Shown here piece by piece: positions 9,922 to 21,345 of a stretch of DNA of 64,000 bases. Numbering within the stretch: the stretch's first letter is position 1; each line of letters begins with the position of its first letter. Origin of the DNA: Nitrospirota bacterium (lineage in GTDB: Bacteria; Nitrospirota; UBA9217); the NCBI GenBank assembly GCA_035623825.1, contig DASPSR010000007.1:1-64000 (forward strand), written 5' to 3'. The position numbers and the translations under genes were made by a program. The notes below the pieces were generated by a model. That model did not search any database, was not told the DNA's origin, and saw nothing but the letters and a program-made list of their open reading frames with translations.

Positions 9922-11262
9922 TTAGGACTTCTTTATCATTCGCACACCGAAAAAACCATCCATCTCAGTCTCACGAGGGAAGGTGCGGAAAAATCCGTCA
10001 TTACCAACGAGATGTGCAGCTTCCGGCGGCAGATACGGCCGAGGGTCGTCAATCATGAACTCGTTGCCGCTCCTATGAAGGAAATCGGCGATCACCTCTT
10101 CGTTTTCCTCCGGTTCAGTGGTGCAGGTGGCATAGACGAGTGCACCGCCGGGTTTCAGAAGTCTGACGCAGTTTTTGAGTATCTGCGTTTGCAAGATCCC
10201 GCGATCGCTGATTTTCCGCATGCTCTTGTTCCATCTCCCGTCAGGATGCCTCCGAAGCACACCGAGGCCCGAACAGGGCGCGTCAATCAGGATTTTGTCA
10301 AACTTCTCCTCAGAGTATCTCGCAGCGTCTCCTTGTACTGTCTTTATGATCGTTATCCCAAGTCTCCGGATGTTCTCCTGAATTTTTTCAATTCGTCCTG
10401 CGTCGGAGTCGAGAGCAACGATCATTCCTCGGTTCTGCATGATCTCGGAGAGGTGCGCTGCCTTGCCTCCGGGCGCGGCGCATGCATCGAGCACTGTTTC
10501 CCCGGGGCGCGGTGCGAGCATCAAACTGATGAGCTGGGCCGCCTGATCCTGTATCATGAACCAACCCTTTTGGTACGAAGAGAGCTCCTGTAAGCCATAT
10601 CCGGCGACAATTTCGAGCCCGACCGGGGAGTGGCTCGTCTCAACGGCTGTCACGCCTTCAGAACTGAGGGTTGCTTTGAGGACATTCCTCGTGGTCCGGA
10701 GCGTATTCGTTCTGATAACGAGCGGCGCTGGCCGGTTATTTGCCAGTAAGAACGCCTCAGTTGTTTCAGCGCCGAACCGTTCTGTCCAGCGCCGGACCAG
10801 CCACTCGGGGTGTGAATACAGTATGGAAAGCTGCAACGGTTTGTCGTCCGGCCCGGGATAAGTGACAGCACTCCTTTTTCTGTCCAGGTTCCTGAGCAGG
10901 GCATTTACATATCCGTGCTTCCTCCCGTGCTGCTTCGCCAGCTCAACCGATGTGTTTACGGCCGCGCTTACCGGAACCCTGTTCAGGAAAAGCATCTGGT
11001 AGGCACCGAGTCGAAGGATATTTCTCGTCCACCGGTCCGTCTTCTCAACAGGTTGTGCAGAAAACCGATTGAGGATCCAGTCAAGAAGGGCCCTGTTTCT
11101 GAGCGTTCCGTATACCAGTTCGAGAATAAAGGCGCAGTCGAGAGCATCGAAGTCCTGCCGTGCCTGTTCCAAGAACATATCGGCAAAGGCTCCCTCCTCA
11201 ACGCGGCGGAGAATCATGAGAGCATTTTCGCGGGGGTTATGTTTGTGCGACACGGAGTTCAC
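9922..11262 (-). CDS. rsmB: 16S rRNA m5C967 methyltransferase
   Basis: NusB-like N-terminus; DACAAPGGK, DAPCSGLG and YATCT motifs; in fmt operon. Confidence 0.93.
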   Translation of the reverse strand: MNSVSHKHNPRENALMILRRVEEGAFADMFLEQARQDFDALDCAFILELVYGTLRNRALLDWILNRFSAQPVEKTDRWTRNILRLGAYQMLFLNRVPVSAAVNTSVELAKQHGRKHGYVNALLRNLDRKRSAVTYPGPDDKPLQLSILYSHPEWLVRRWTERFGAETTEAFLLANNRPAPLVIRTNTLRTTRNVLKATLSSEGVTAVETSHSPVGLEIVAGYGLQELSSYQKGWFMIQDQAAQLISLMLAPRPGETVLDACAAPGGKAAHLSEIMQNRGMIVALDSDAGRIEKIQENIRRLGITIIKTVQGDAARYSEEKFDKILIDAPCSGLGVLRRHPDGRWNKSMRKISDRGILQTQILKNCVRLLKPGGALVYATCTTEPEENEEVIADFLHRSGNEFMIDDPRPYLPPEAAHLVGNDGFFRTFPRETEMDGFFGVRMIKKS

Positions 11263-12016
11263 AGCGGCCGCTTGCTAGAAATTCGAGCGCTTCTGCGACC
11301 TTTGTAATATCCACGCTCGTATTGAAACATGGACCGAAAGGGCGATCGTTCAGGATGCCGATGACCGGCAAAGGATAAGCGTCTTGAATGCCGCTCGTCA
11401 GGTCCCGCTCGCAGGCCACGGCGATGATGGCTTGGGGTTTGGACTCCGCTACACGCCTCCGTGCGAGTGTGCCGCCTGTTGCAACGGAGAGGTGCACGTC
11501 ATGTTTCTTCGCAAGTACGACAAGGTCCTTGATATCGCATTTACCGCAAGCCTGGCATTTGTAGGCATCGCTCGTGATCTTGATAGCGCAGTCGTTGAAC
11601 TGCAAGCAGTGCGGCATCAGCAGGAGGATCCGTTTCGGCTTTATATCGCTGCACTTGGCTCGGACGAGGAGGTTGTTGACCTCGACGAAAGACTGCTGAA
11701 TTTTTTCCTTGGATATACCGAGGAGCTTGCCCACCACGATCATGATCGGGAAGAGCACTTCGATAACGATCCACCTGAGCTTTGCTGCAAGAAAGAGTTC
11801 TCTCCCCCTGATGAGCGTAAGGATCAAGAGAGCGACGCCTAGGATGAGCGCGCCGATTACCGTACCCATAGTTACACAGACGATCCTAGGCGCCAGGGGG
11901 TGAATGTTTCTGAGACCGATGTAGGGGATCAGGTAAAGACCCACTGTGACCGCGGTGATTAAAAATACGGTAAAGACGATGAGGCCTATGAAGATTCTCT
12001 TCCTGGGTTCAGACAT
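11237..12016 (-). CDS. DUF116 family protein
   Basis: LLMPHCLQ..C, CQACGKC, ATGGT, AVACERDL and GPC.NT motifs; typical position between fmt and rsmB. Confidence 0.85.
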   Translation of the reverse strand: MSEPRKRIFIGLIVFTVFLITAVTVGLYLIPYIGLRNIHPLAPRIVCVTMGTVIGALILGVALLILTLIRGRELFLAAKLRWIVIEVLFPIMIVVGKLLGISKEKIQQSFVEVNNLLVRAKCSDIKPKRILLLMPHCLQFNDCAIKITSDAYKCQACGKCDIKDLVVLAKKHDVHLSVATGGTLARRRVAESKPQAIIAVACERDLTSGIQDAYPLPVIGILNDRPFGPCFNTSVDITKVAEALEFLASGRCELRVAQT

Positions 12017-12096
12017 AATGAATAAGGTAATGGTTGCGATGCCCGTATCGACATTCTGCGCAGGAGTGGGGCAAAACGCAAAGAACCTCTCCGTGG

Positions 12097-13050
12097 TTAG
12101 CCCGTAGTTCCGTGTATCCGCTGTTCGCTCGAAAAATTTATCTCTGCAATCCCCCGGTGCCCCCGCAGGAAGTCGGCAGCATCCATAGGTTTTTTGCCTG
12201 CCGGCTGAACCCGGACGACGTGCAGCCTTCCACTTCCAGTACCTACGTCCAAAGCGCCCTGCGTGCCCCGATAAATTCTGCCCGGATCTCCGCTTCCGCG
12301 AAGTACCTCAGTCTCGAGGATTTTGACCATGGTTCCTCGAACGAACGTGTACGCCCCCGGCCAAGGAGTCAAACCCCTCACGCGGTTGTGAATCTCCGAT
12401 GCCGAAAGCGCCCAATTGATGAGTCCGTCTTCTTTCTTCAGCAAAGGCGCCAGCGTCGCTTTCGAATCGTCCTGCTGCACTGGCGCCAGCTTTTCCGCCT
12501 CGATGAGCGGGAGGGCTTCCGTGATAAGCTTCGCGCCGAGTACCGAAAGCTTCTCCGTCAGTGTTCCTGCCGTGTCTTTCGGATCGACGGGAATGGCCTC
12601 CTGCAAGAGGATCGCTCCCGTATCCAGCCCTTCGTCCATCTGCATGATGGTATTGCCGGTCCGCGTCTCGCCCCTGATGATCGCCCAGTTGATGGGCGCG
12701 GCTCCGCGGTAGAGCGGCAGGAGCGATGCGTGTATATTGATGCAGCCGTACCTCGGAAACATGAGGATCTCCTTCGGGAGTATCTGCCCGTACGCTGCCA
12801 CGACGATGACTTCAGGGGCTAGTCGGAGAATGCCCTCGATGGCCTCAGGATCCCGCACGCGTTTCGGCTGGTACACTTCCAGCCCCAGTTCGAGCGCGGC
12901 TATCTTGACCGCCGGCGGGGACAGGGTACGGCCCCGTCCCGCTGGTTTATCGATCCTTGTTACCACCCCGGCGATGTCGTGGCCCGCTTTTGCCAGAGCC
13001 CGAAGCGGCGGCACCGAAAAGTGCGGTGTGCCCATGAATACCAGTCTCAT
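12097..13050 (-). CDS. fmt: Methionyl-tRNA formyltransferase
   Basis: VFMGTP.F, AYGQI, INIHASLLP.YRGAAPI and DEGLDTG motifs. Confidence 0.97.
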   Translation of the reverse strand: MRLVFMGTPHFSVPPLRALAKAGHDIAGVVTRIDKPAGRGRTLSPPAVKIAALELGLEVYQPKRVRDPEAIEGILRLAPEVIVVAAYGQILPKEILMFPRYGCINIHASLLPLYRGAAPINWAIIRGETRTGNTIMQMDEGLDTGAILLQEAIPVDPKDTAGTLTEKLSVLGAKLITEALPLIEAEKLAPVQQDDSKATLAPLLKKEDGLINWALSASEIHNRVRGLTPWPGAYTFVRGTMVKILETEVLRGSGDPGRIYRGTQGALDVGTGSGRLHVVRVQPAGKKPMDAADFLRGHRGIAEINFSSEQRIHGTTG

Positions 13051-13184
13051 GGTTGAAATTCCAGATCTAAATTACCTGTTCTAATGAATGTCCATCGCCC
13101 GATGACAAGAAATCCTCATGACGGCTCGACAATTTTGTTATAGATATTATTTGAGATTTTGGGCTTGAAACTTGGACTGTTATC

Positions 13185-13703
13185 CTACTGTTTTTCTGCC
13201 ACGGCCTTTCGATGCCTTCGCTTAAAGATGTTTTTCTTGAGCACGCTCAGCCTGTCTACGAACAGCAGGCCGTTGAGATGGTCGATTTCATGTTGCAGGG
13301 CTTTTGCCATGAGTCCTTCCGCCTCGACCTCGAAGGATTTCCCGTCGCGGTCAAGCGCACGTACTTTCACCTTTTGTGCTCGCTTTACCGTCTCCGTATA
13401 CTCAGGGATACTGAGGCAGCCCTCCTCCTCAATGACGGCACCCTCCATAGACAGGATCTCTGGATTGATGATGACGAGTAGTGGGTGGCGCCGCGCCGGG
13501 TCCTCCCGCGTGCTCAAGTCGATTACCGCGACCTGAAGCGGTACGCCAACCTGGTTAGCAGCAAGACCGACGCCGGGAGCGTCATGCATGGTCTCGACCA
13601 AGTCATCGATAAGCCGTTGTATCGTGCCGTCGATGGTTCTGACAGGGTCGGTTTGCTTCCGGAGCACAGGGTCTGGATATTTTCGTATCTCACGTATAGC
13701 CAT
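13185..13703 (-). CDS. def: Peptide deformylase
   Basis: GVGLAANQ, EGCLS and QHEIDHLNG motifs. Confidence 0.97.
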   Translation of the reverse strand: MAIREIRKYPDPVLRKQTDPVRTIDGTIQRLIDDLVETMHDAPGVGLAANQVGVPLQVAVIDLSTREDPARRHPLLVIINPEILSMEGAVIEEEGCLSIPEYTETVKRAQKVKVRALDRDGKSFEVEAEGLMAKALQHEIDHLNGLLFVDRLSVLKKNIFKRRHRKAVAEKQ

Positions 13704-13800
13704 GGATGTTATATTTAACATGATTTATTTGCAAAATCAAGGCATAAGATGCAGCAGATGGTGTTGACACTTTGGTTGAATTTATGGTATTTTAAAAAAA

Positions 13801-16800
13801 ATGGCTATTGATAAAAATACCGTTATTAAAGAAGCCCAGAAATTTGCCGTTAAAGGCCAAATCGACAAGGCAATCGCCGAGTGGAAAAAGCTGGTCAAGG
13901 AATTTCCGAACGATGCCAATGCCTTCAATACAATCGGCGACCTGTGTCTTAAGAAAGATGCGAAAACCGATGCTGTCGATGCGTACGTGAAGGCCGCAGA
14001 CATACTGGCATCCGACGGATTCACCTCGAAGGCCATCGCGCTCTACAAAAAAGTCCTCAATATAAACCCAAAGAAGATTGAAGTACATCTCGCCCTCGGA
14101 GACCTGAATGTGGAGAAGGGACTCACGGGGAACGCACTCGAATCCTACAAGCTCGTCGCCGACCACTACACGAGAAATAAAGACACCATCAATGCCCTGG
14201 GCATCTACCAGAAGATGGCGGACCTGAACCCCTCCAACGTTACCTTCAGGCTCAAACTCGGGGACATGTACGCGAAGGAAGGGATGAAAACGGAGGCGAT
14301 CGAAACCTACCTGCAGGCCGCAGACGTACATATATCCAAAGATGCTTTCAATGACGCCCGGCAGGTCTTCGAGAAAGTCCTCGCCCTGGATCCGAACAAC
14401 AAAAAAGTGTACCACAAGGCGGGCATCGTCTATTTTAAGGAAGGGAAGTTCGCAGAGGCGTGCAAGGCCCTCAAACCGGCCTTTGAGGATGACCCGTTCA
14501 ATCAGGAGCTTGTCGATACCTACCTCGATGTTCTGGCAAAGGCTGGCCGTAATGCCGAAGAAGAGGACGTGTATAAGAAACAGCTATCCCAGGAGGCCGG
14601 CAGGATAGACATTCGCAAAAAACTCTACCACCACTATCTCTCGCAAAAAGAATATGATAGGGCTCTCACCGAGGGTGTGGCCATAGCGAACGTGATGACA
14701 GAGAACAAGGAATTCGATGCGGCCGAGGCCTTTCTCAAGGGCTTCGTCTCCGAGGTCCCGCGGAGCGCTGACGGGCATTGCAGTCTGAGCGACTATTATA
14801 TTAGCACGGCCAGAAGGGGCGATGCGGCAAAGGAACTTTTGATGGCCGCGGAGATCCTGATAGAGGACGGAGCAGGGGACAGGGCACGGGACGTACTCGA
14901 ACGGGCGCTAGTGATTTCACCTGATATGAAAGAGGCACGGCAGCGGCTCGAAAGCCTGCAAGCGTCGCCGGCTGAAGCCGCAGCTGTGACCGCTAATTCT
15001 ACAAGTACGCAACCAGAGGCAGCTGTGCCCCTTATGCCAACGGCTGCGCCTGCGGCATCGCCAATTACCGATGAAGACCCTGCCATTGCAGAAGCGCTCA
15101 TGGAAGTGGAAGTGCTCGTTAAGTACGGTCTTGCTGCCAAGGCCGTAGAGCAACTTGAAGGGCTGGCCGGAAGGTTCCCCGAAAGTCCGCAAATCCGCAT
15201 CAGGCTGAGGGATTTGTACCGGGATCAGGGGGATGTGCAGAAGGCCGCTGAGCATGTTCTAGCCCTGGCAGATATTTATGTGAAGAAAGGCTCGCAGGAC
15301 CAGGTTGAGCCACTGTTGCAGGCTGCTCTTGAAATGGACCCGGGAAACAGGGCGATCGCTGAAAGGCTGGGAGTGGCTCCGGCCGTTTCGGAGGAGCCGC
15401 CTTCGGCTGCTGCAGAGTCTATAGGAATACCAGAACCGTCAATCGATGCATTCGCTTCTGAGGGAGGGCATGCTGCAGAGGAGACCACGCCTCCGGAAGT
15501 TCATCCGTCTCCCGGCGAGATTTCATTAGGCGATCTTGAGATGAACACCTTCGAGCCCGAGGATGGGCAGTTATCGACGGCACCTCTCGCTGAAGATACT
15601 GTTTTGGAGGAATCTCAATCTTTACAGCATGGCCCTGAAGAGCATGATGAGGTCGAAAAAGCCGCCCCCGTCTCCCAGGTGCCTGCAGAAGAGCCGCCGT
15701 TGACAGTTCATGAAGCTACGTTGTCGGAGCCTCTGCTGAAGCAACCAGAGCCGCTAGCTGAACCAGAGCAGAAATTGCCTGCCAGGGAGTCGGCTACAGT
15801 TGAAACCGATATCAGCGAGATCTGGGCCGAAGCGGAATTCTATTATCAGCAAGGGTTGTTCGATGAGGCAAAGAAATACTACGCGAAGATCATTGAACAG
15901 ACCCCCGGTGACAAACGGGCCATCGAAAGGCTTTCCGAGATATCTCGCGAAGAGGACGAGGTACAGGAATTTTCCAAGCTCGCTGAAGCAGTTGAGGGGC
16001 TGGAGGGGATGGCATCGGGCGACGCTACCGAGGGAGAGATGGCCTTGACTGCTTCGGACGAGGAAGCTGTCCGATCGTTAATGTCTGAGATTCAGAAGCT
16101 CAGACAGGTGCAGAAACCTGAACCTTCTCCCCCCAGTGATCAGTCAACCACACCCGTTCCTTCCGCGGAGATGAAGGAAAATTCCGGCGATCGAGATATA
16201 CACAAAGACGAACAGTATGATGGCTGGGAGCAGGAAGAACCGGGAGGGCAGGTCGGGGAAGAGAGTTTTTTTGACTTGGGACAGGAACTCCGGCAAGAAA
16301 GTCCGGCTGATATCTCACCGGCGCAACAGGAAAAACCAGATGATTTTTTTGACCTTGCATCTGAGCTCAGGGATGAGCTTAGCAGTATTTCGATTTCAGC
16401 GCAGCCCGCCACATCTGCCGAGGAAGAAAAGAGCCTGGATGATATCTTCGAGGAGTTCAAGAAAGGCGTGGACCAGCAAGCGGTCAAAGAGGACGCGGAT
16501 ACCCACTACAATCTCGGTGTGGCGTATAAAGAGATGGGGCTCTTGGATGATGCCGTCGGAGAGTTTCTCCTGACACCCGAAGGGGAGCCGAAGTTTGTCC
16601 AGAGCCGGTACATGCTCGGGCTGTGTTATATGGAAAAAGGTGATTATCATAACGCCATTGCCGAGATACAAAATGCACTAAATTATTCAGAAAGTACGGG
16701 TGGAAGCCTTAAGGAGCGTATAGAAATGCAATATGACCTTGGACTCGCGTACCAGGGAGAGGGGAACACAGAAAATGCGCTTGCTCAATTCCAGATGGTC

Positions 16801-16986
16801 CATGACACGAATCCAGGCTATCGGGATACTTCTGCTAAACTCAAAGAGCTTAAACAGGGGTCATTTATTTCTATCAAGCAGCTAAAAGATGATATTGAAA
16901 AAGAGATATCCGCAAAATTTTTTGAAGAGGGCGAGAGGATCGAGCGCGAAGAAAAGACCAGGAAAAACGAAAGAGTCCGCAGCTAA
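13801..16986 (+). CDS. Large tetratricopeptide-repeat protein with acidic Pro-rich linker
   Basis: Multiple TPRs; C-terminal 'DTHYNLGVAYKEMGL' block resembles motility/pilus-associated TPR proteins of Myxococcota/Desulfobacterota. Confidence 0.8.
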   Translation: MAIDKNTVIKEAQKFAVKGQIDKAIAEWKKLVKEFPNDANAFNTIGDLCLKKDAKTDAVDAYVKAADILASDGFTSKAIALYKKVLNINPKKIEVHLALGDLNVEKGLTGNALESYKLVADHYTRNKDTINALGIYQKMADLNPSNVTFRLKLGDMYAKEGMKTEAIETYLQAADVHISKDAFNDARQVFEKVLALDPNNKKVYHKAGIVYFKEGKFAEACKALKPAFEDDPFNQELVDTYLDVLAKAGRNAEEEDVYKKQLSQEAGRIDIRKKLYHHYLSQKEYDRALTEGVAIANVMTENKEFDAAEAFLKGFVSEVPRSADGHCSLSDYYISTARRGDAAKELLMAAEILIEDGAGDRARDVLERALVISPDMKEARQRLESLQASPAEAAAVTANSTSTQPEAAVPLMPTAAPAASPITDEDPAIAEALMEVEVLVKYGLAAKAVEQLEGLAGRFPESPQIRIRLRDLYRDQGDVQKAAEHVLALADIYVKKGSQDQVEPLLQAALEMDPGNRAIAERLGVAPAVSEEPPSAAAESIGIPEPSIDAFASEGGHAAEETTPPEVHPSPGEISLGDLEMNTFEPEDGQLSTAPLAEDTVLEESQSLQHGPEEHDEVEKAAPVSQVPAEEPPLTVHEATLSEPLLKQPEPLAEPEQKLPARESATVETDISEIWAEAEFYYQQGLFDEAKKYYAKIIEQTPGDKRAIERLSEISREEDEVQEFSKLAEAVEGLEGMASGDATEGEMALTASDEEAVRSLMSEIQKLRQVQKPEPSPPSDQSTTPVPSAEMKENSGDRDIHKDEQYDGWEQEEPGGQVGEESFFDLGQELRQESPADISPAQQEKPDDFFDLASELRDELSSISISAQPATSAEEEKSLDDIFEEFKKGVDQQAVKEDADTHYNLGVAYKEMGLLDDAVGEFLLTPEGEPKFVQSRYMLGLCYMEKGDYHNAIAEIQNALNYSESTGGSLKERIEMQYDLGLAYQGEGNTENALAQFQMVHDTNPGYRDTSAKLKELKQGSFISIKQLKDDIEKEISAKFFEEGERIEREEKTRKNERVRS

Positions 16987-16988
16987 CA

Positions 16989-17093
16989 TGCCTATTTTTT
17001 AGGCTTCTGATTAAATATCAGGCAGAAACCAGCCATTTAACAATTACTAACCTTCTGAAATTACTATATTTTCATTTTAGCATTGAAATTGCT
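16989..17093 (+). promoter_or_regulatory. Putative sigma54 promoter with tandem NtrC-like sites upstream of glnB-glnA
   Basis: TGCCTA-N5-TAGGCT (16989) and TGATTA-N5-CAGGCA (17008); imperfect -24/-12 element TAGCATTGAAATTGCT (17078-17093, AG instead of GG). Confidence 0.5.
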
Positions 17094-17103
17094 AATTTAA
17101 TAG

Positions 17104-17457
<354 letters not shown>

Positions 17458-17642
17458 AGAGGGGAATGAAAAAAGCGGGGAAAAAGAGCAGTAGCAGTGA
17501 AAAAGCAGCGAAAGCAACAACCGATAAATCACCCAAGAAATCATTGATAAATAAGGACCTCGCGATCGCCGGACAGGCAGGAGCAGCAAACAAACAGAAG
17601 AAAAGATCAGTTTCAATACGACTTTCTGAACAGGAGGATAGA

Positions 17643-19055
17643 ATGACACCAAAAGACGTGCTGAAGATGGCAAAAGAGAACAAGGCAATGATGGTAGATA
17701 TGAAGTTTCTGGATTTTCCGGGATTGTGGCAGCATTTCTCCGTTCCGGTCGACGAACTTACTGAGAGCATCTTCGAAGAAGGCCTCGGGTTCGACGGATC
17801 GAGTATTCGCGGATGGCAGGCGATTCACACGAGCGATATGCTCGTCGTGCCCGACGCGGAGACGGCGGTTATGGACCCCTTCACCAAGTATCCGACGCTC
17901 TCGCTCATTTGCAACATCGTAGATCCGATTACCAAGGAGCGCTATTCCCGCGACCCGCGCTACATCGCGCAGAAGGCCGAGGCGTACCTCAAATCATCCG
18001 GCATTGGAGATACCTGCTATATGGGCCCCGAGCCGGAATTCTTCATCTTCGACGACATCCGCTTTGATCAGGACTCCCATTCCGGATACTACTTTCTCGA
18101 CAGCGTGGAAGGCATCTGGAACAGCGGCAGGGACGAGAAGCCAAACCTGGGATACAAACCGCGCCACAAGGAAGGCTATTTCCCGGTGCCGCCCATCGAC
18201 AGTCAGGAGGACATCCGTACCGAGATGGTGGAGGAGATGCAGAAGGTCGGTATCTACGTTGAGAAGCAGCACCATGAAGTGGCCACTGCAGGCCAGGCCG
18301 AGATCGATATGCGGTTCAACCCACTGGTCAAAATGGCTGACCAGCTCATGTACTACAAGTACATCATTAAGAACGTAGCCAAGCGGCATAACAAGACCGT
18401 GACCTTCATGCCCAAGCCGCTCTTTGGAGACAACGGATCGGGCATGCACACGCACCAGTCCATCTGGAAGAACGGCAAACCGCTCTTTGCGGGCGACGGT
18501 TACGCGGGCATGTCCCAGCTTGCCCTGAACTACATAGGCGGGGTCCTAAAGCATGCCAAGGTAATCGCAGCTTTCACCAATCCGACGACGAACTCATATA
18601 AGAGACTGACCCCGGGCTTTGAGGCGCCGGTAAACCTGGCCTACTCAAGCCGCAACCGCTCGGCAGGCATTCGCATCCCCATGTATAGCGCGAGCCCAAA
18701 GGCTAAGCGCGTCGAGGTGAGGTTCCCTGACCCGTCCTGCAACCCCTATCTCGCGTTCGCAGCCATGCTTATGGCTGGCTTGGATGGTATCGAGAACAAG
18801 ATCGACCCGGGCCAACCCCTTGACAAGGACATCTATGATATGGAGCCCGAAGATCTGGCGAGCGTACCGTCCATGCCCGGCTCATTGGACGAGGCACTGG
18901 ACAATCTGGAGGCTGATCACAGCTTCCTCATGAAGGGCGACGTGTTCACAAAAGACGCCATCGAGACTTGGATCAGTTACAAGCGGAGCAAGGAAGTGGA
19001 TGCTCTCCGTCTGCGGCCCCATCCGTATGAGTTTTTCCTCTACTACGATCTCTAA
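17643..19055 (+). CDS. glnA: Glutamine synthetase type I
   Basis: [31 protein letters not shown] and NRSA motifs; AGGAGG RBS before ATG 17643; frame is also open from 17454. Confidence 0.97.
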   Translation: MTPKDVLKMAKENKAMMVDMKFLDFPGLWQHFSVPVDELTESIFEEGLGFDGSSIRGWQAIHTSDMLVVPDAETAVMDPFTKYPTLSLICNIVDPITKERYSRDPRYIAQKAEAYLKSSGIGDTCYMGPEPEFFIFDDIRFDQDSHSGYYFLDSVEGIWNSGRDEKPNLGYKPRHKEGYFPVPPIDSQEDIRTEMVEEMQKVGIYVEKQHHEVATAGQAEIDMRFNPLVKMADQLMYYKYIIKNVAKRHNKTVTFMPKPLFGDNGSGMHTHQSIWKNGKPLFAGDGYAGMSQLALNYIGGVLKHAKVIAAFTNPTTNSYKRLTPGFEAPVNLAYSSRNRSAGIRIPMYSASPKAKRVEVRFPDPSCNPYLAFAAMLMAGLDGIENKIDPGQPLDKDIYDMEPEDLASVPSMPGSLDEALDNLEADHSFLMKGDVFTKDAIETWISYKRSKEVDALRLRPHPYEFFLYYDL

Positions 19056-19081
19056 GCAATTCATGTTATTTATCAGTCCAG

Positions 19082-19115
19082 ACCGGGACCTCTATACTAG
19101 AGGTCCCGGTTTTTT
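19082..19115 (+). terminator. Intrinsic terminator after glnA
   Basis: ACCGGGACCTCTA-tac-TAGAGGTCCCGGT hairpin followed by a T run. Confidence 0.9.
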
Positions 19116-19337
19116 GTCGTTGAAGATGCCACCAGATGACATTATTGTCATTCGTCCAAGTACGATCATCTTCAGGTAATAACAGTGCCGTCATGATTCC
19201 GGCTTTTCCTTCGGATATCAAAGATGTTTGAGTCGGATGTGAAGATAGGCAGGACTTTTTTGTCTTGATTTTTTCGGCAGTTCGTATGATAATTGCCCCT
19301 TTGAAACAATTACAATATTTTTTAGGAGGTTGATCAC

Positions 19338-19988
19338 ATGCGTATTATATTATTAGGAGCGCCGGGCGCAGGCAAGGGCACGGTAGCGAAGCTGTTAACG
19401 GCGCTGGACGGTTCGGTGCAGATATCGACCGGGGATATCCTCCGGGGTGCGGTCAAAGCAGGCACGCCGCTAGGCAAAGAGGCCCAAGGATATATGGACC
19501 GGGGCGACCTTGTCCCCGACTCACTCATCATGGGCATCATGGAACAGCGGCTTCAAGAACCGGATATGAAAAAAGGATTTCTGCTTGATGGGTTCCCGCG
19601 GACTATCCCGCAGGCAGAAGCGCTGGATGCTCTTCTCAAGAGACTCAACATCAAGCTCGATCTGGTGGCGAACATCGATGTCCCGCGCGACGTTATCCTT
19701 GACCGCCTGACTACGAGGCGGACCTGCTCGAATCCATCGTGTCAGGAGATCTACAACGTGAAGAGCAATCCGCCGGCAGCCGGCGGCAAGTGCAAGAAGT
19801 GCGGCAGTCCCGTGGTGCAGCGTGCCGATGAAACCGTAGAGGCTATATCCAAGCGGCTGGATGTCTACAATGAGAAAACGGCTCCGCTCATCGGCTACTA
19901 TGAAAAGAAGGGGATGCTCCTGACCATACGAGATACGAGCAGCGACGGTGTCGTGAATGCCATCAAGAAACAGATAGCGAAGAAATAA
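19338..19988 (+). CDS. adk: Adenylate kinase (Zn-lid type)
   Basis: GAPGAGKGT, STGDILR and LDGFPR motifs; four Cys in lid. Confidence 0.96.
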   Translation: MRIILLGAPGAGKGTVAKLLTALDGSVQISTGDILRGAVKAGTPLGKEAQGYMDRGDLVPDSLIMGIMEQRLQEPDMKKGFLLDGFPRTIPQAEALDALLKRLNIKLDLVANIDVPRDVILDRLTTRRTCSNPSCQEIYNVKSNPPAAGGKCKKCGSPVVQRADETVEAISKRLDVYNEKTAPLIGYYEKKGMLLTIRDTSSDGVVNAIKKQIAKK

Positions 19989-20009
19989 CTCCTGATTCAG
20001 GTCTAGAAG

Positions 20010-20048
20010 AAGAAGAGGCGGGATAAAAACATCCCGTCTCTTCTTATT
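20010..20048. terminator. Probable bidirectional terminator between adk and convergent usp
   Basis: AAGAAGAGGCGGGAT / ATCCCGTCTCTTCTT inverted repeat. Confidence 0.75.
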
Positions 20049-20111
20049 TACACTTGTAATTTCAGGCGGCTGTGCACACCTGCGGAACCGCTGTTCTCAA
20101 GGCCGATTCTG

Positions 20112-21023
20112 TTACTCTTTGCACGTTTTGCCGATCAAGACGGAACACTTCGAATGGGTAAGGATATTTCTTGATACGCTTCCCATTATTCCTTTAATTC
20201 CCCTCAAGCCCCTGCAACCAAGAGCTACCAGGTCTGCCTCCGTGGTTTCCTCTGTTTTTAATATTTCCGTCGAGGGATCTCCTACTTTTGACAGTACATC
20301 AATATTCTTAAATCTTTTGCTTAAAGCATCTCTGGCCTGTTCAATAATATTTTGAGATTGCGTAAATTCAATTGCTCTGTTGCTGGCGACAACATCCTTG
20401 ATTCGTTCATTTATTTCCAAAACAAACCGTTCAGGGATGTCGGAGAAGCCGGACGATATTACGTTCAATATTGTTACCTCGGTGCTGTCGGGAAAGGGAA
20501 TGGACGACAGGAATTCACCCGTCGCCACGGAATAACTTGAACCGTCCGTGGCAAAGAGGATCTTTATCCGATCGGGATTTGCTCTCACTGTTGGTTTTAC
20601 AATAAGAACCGGCTTAGGCGAATTAATGGCAACCGACCTCGTCACGCTACCGAGAAAGACGGACGCAATTCCTTTTATGCCTCTGGCACCTAAAGCGATG
20701 AGATCCATACCCGATGATTCGGCGATGTTAATGATGCATTGATCCGGAGTACATTGGCTTGGTGAAAATTCGTCAATTTCGACGCTGATGATCGCTTGGA
20801 CGGGTTTTAGAATCGTCAAGGCTGAATCAAGAATCTTTGGTGCGATATCTTTTTTAATCGTTTTGAGTGTATTGAAATAAAATTGCTCATCATATCGAAA
20901 AGGGATCGCGTATATGGCATGAAAAACGGTAATAGAGTCATCCCGGGACCAATCTATTCGCGTCAGGAATTTAGCCGTACTTTCCGAGTATTCGGAGCCA
21001 TCTGTTGCAAGCAATATTTTCAT
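20112..21023 (-). CDS. Tandem-domain universal stress protein
   Basis: Two KIL.ATDGS...DL.ALG.RG...GSV...VLI units. Confidence 0.9.
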   Translation of the reverse strand: MKILLATDGSEYSESTAKFLTRIDWSRDDSITVFHAIYAIPFRYDEQFYFNTLKTIKKDIAPKILDSALTILKPVQAIISVEIDEFSPSQCTPDQCIINIAESSGMDLIALGARGIKGIASVFLGSVTRSVAINSPKPVLIVKPTVRANPDRIKILFATDGSSYSVATGEFLSSIPFPDSTEVTILNVISSGFSDIPERFVLEINERIKDVVASNRAIEFTQSQNIIEQARDALSKRFKNIDVLSKVGDPSTEILKTEETTEADLVALGCRGLRGIKGIMGSVSRNILTHSKCSVLIGKTCKE

Positions 21024-21345
21024 TTCTTATGTCTTTATAAAACAACGAGTCCCGGATTATAATGTTGCGAGCGAATCGTTAGTCTTATTGTCACGATCGT
21101 CATCTGCATTTTTATTATAGCAGTTTTTAAAACACAGGTTGCCGTCATCGCTGAATCAATACTATCATTCTCGTTTCATTTTCTTGCATCTTACTAAAGT
21201 GCTCCGTTTTATCCACACCAAAATATTTCACGAGGTTCCTGAAGAATGCCTATGGATGACTTCCATATTAAATGTCCCTTTGTCTCAAAAGTTTGTGCCA
21301 ACGTTTTCACTAATCGACCATAAGCACTTGATAGCCGGTTGTTAA

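Noticed and set aside
12034-12822. Long antisense ORFs (also 31819..32565, 48600..49316, 52488..53357)
   Set aside because: Opposite-strand shadows of clear genes, expected with GC-rich codon usage
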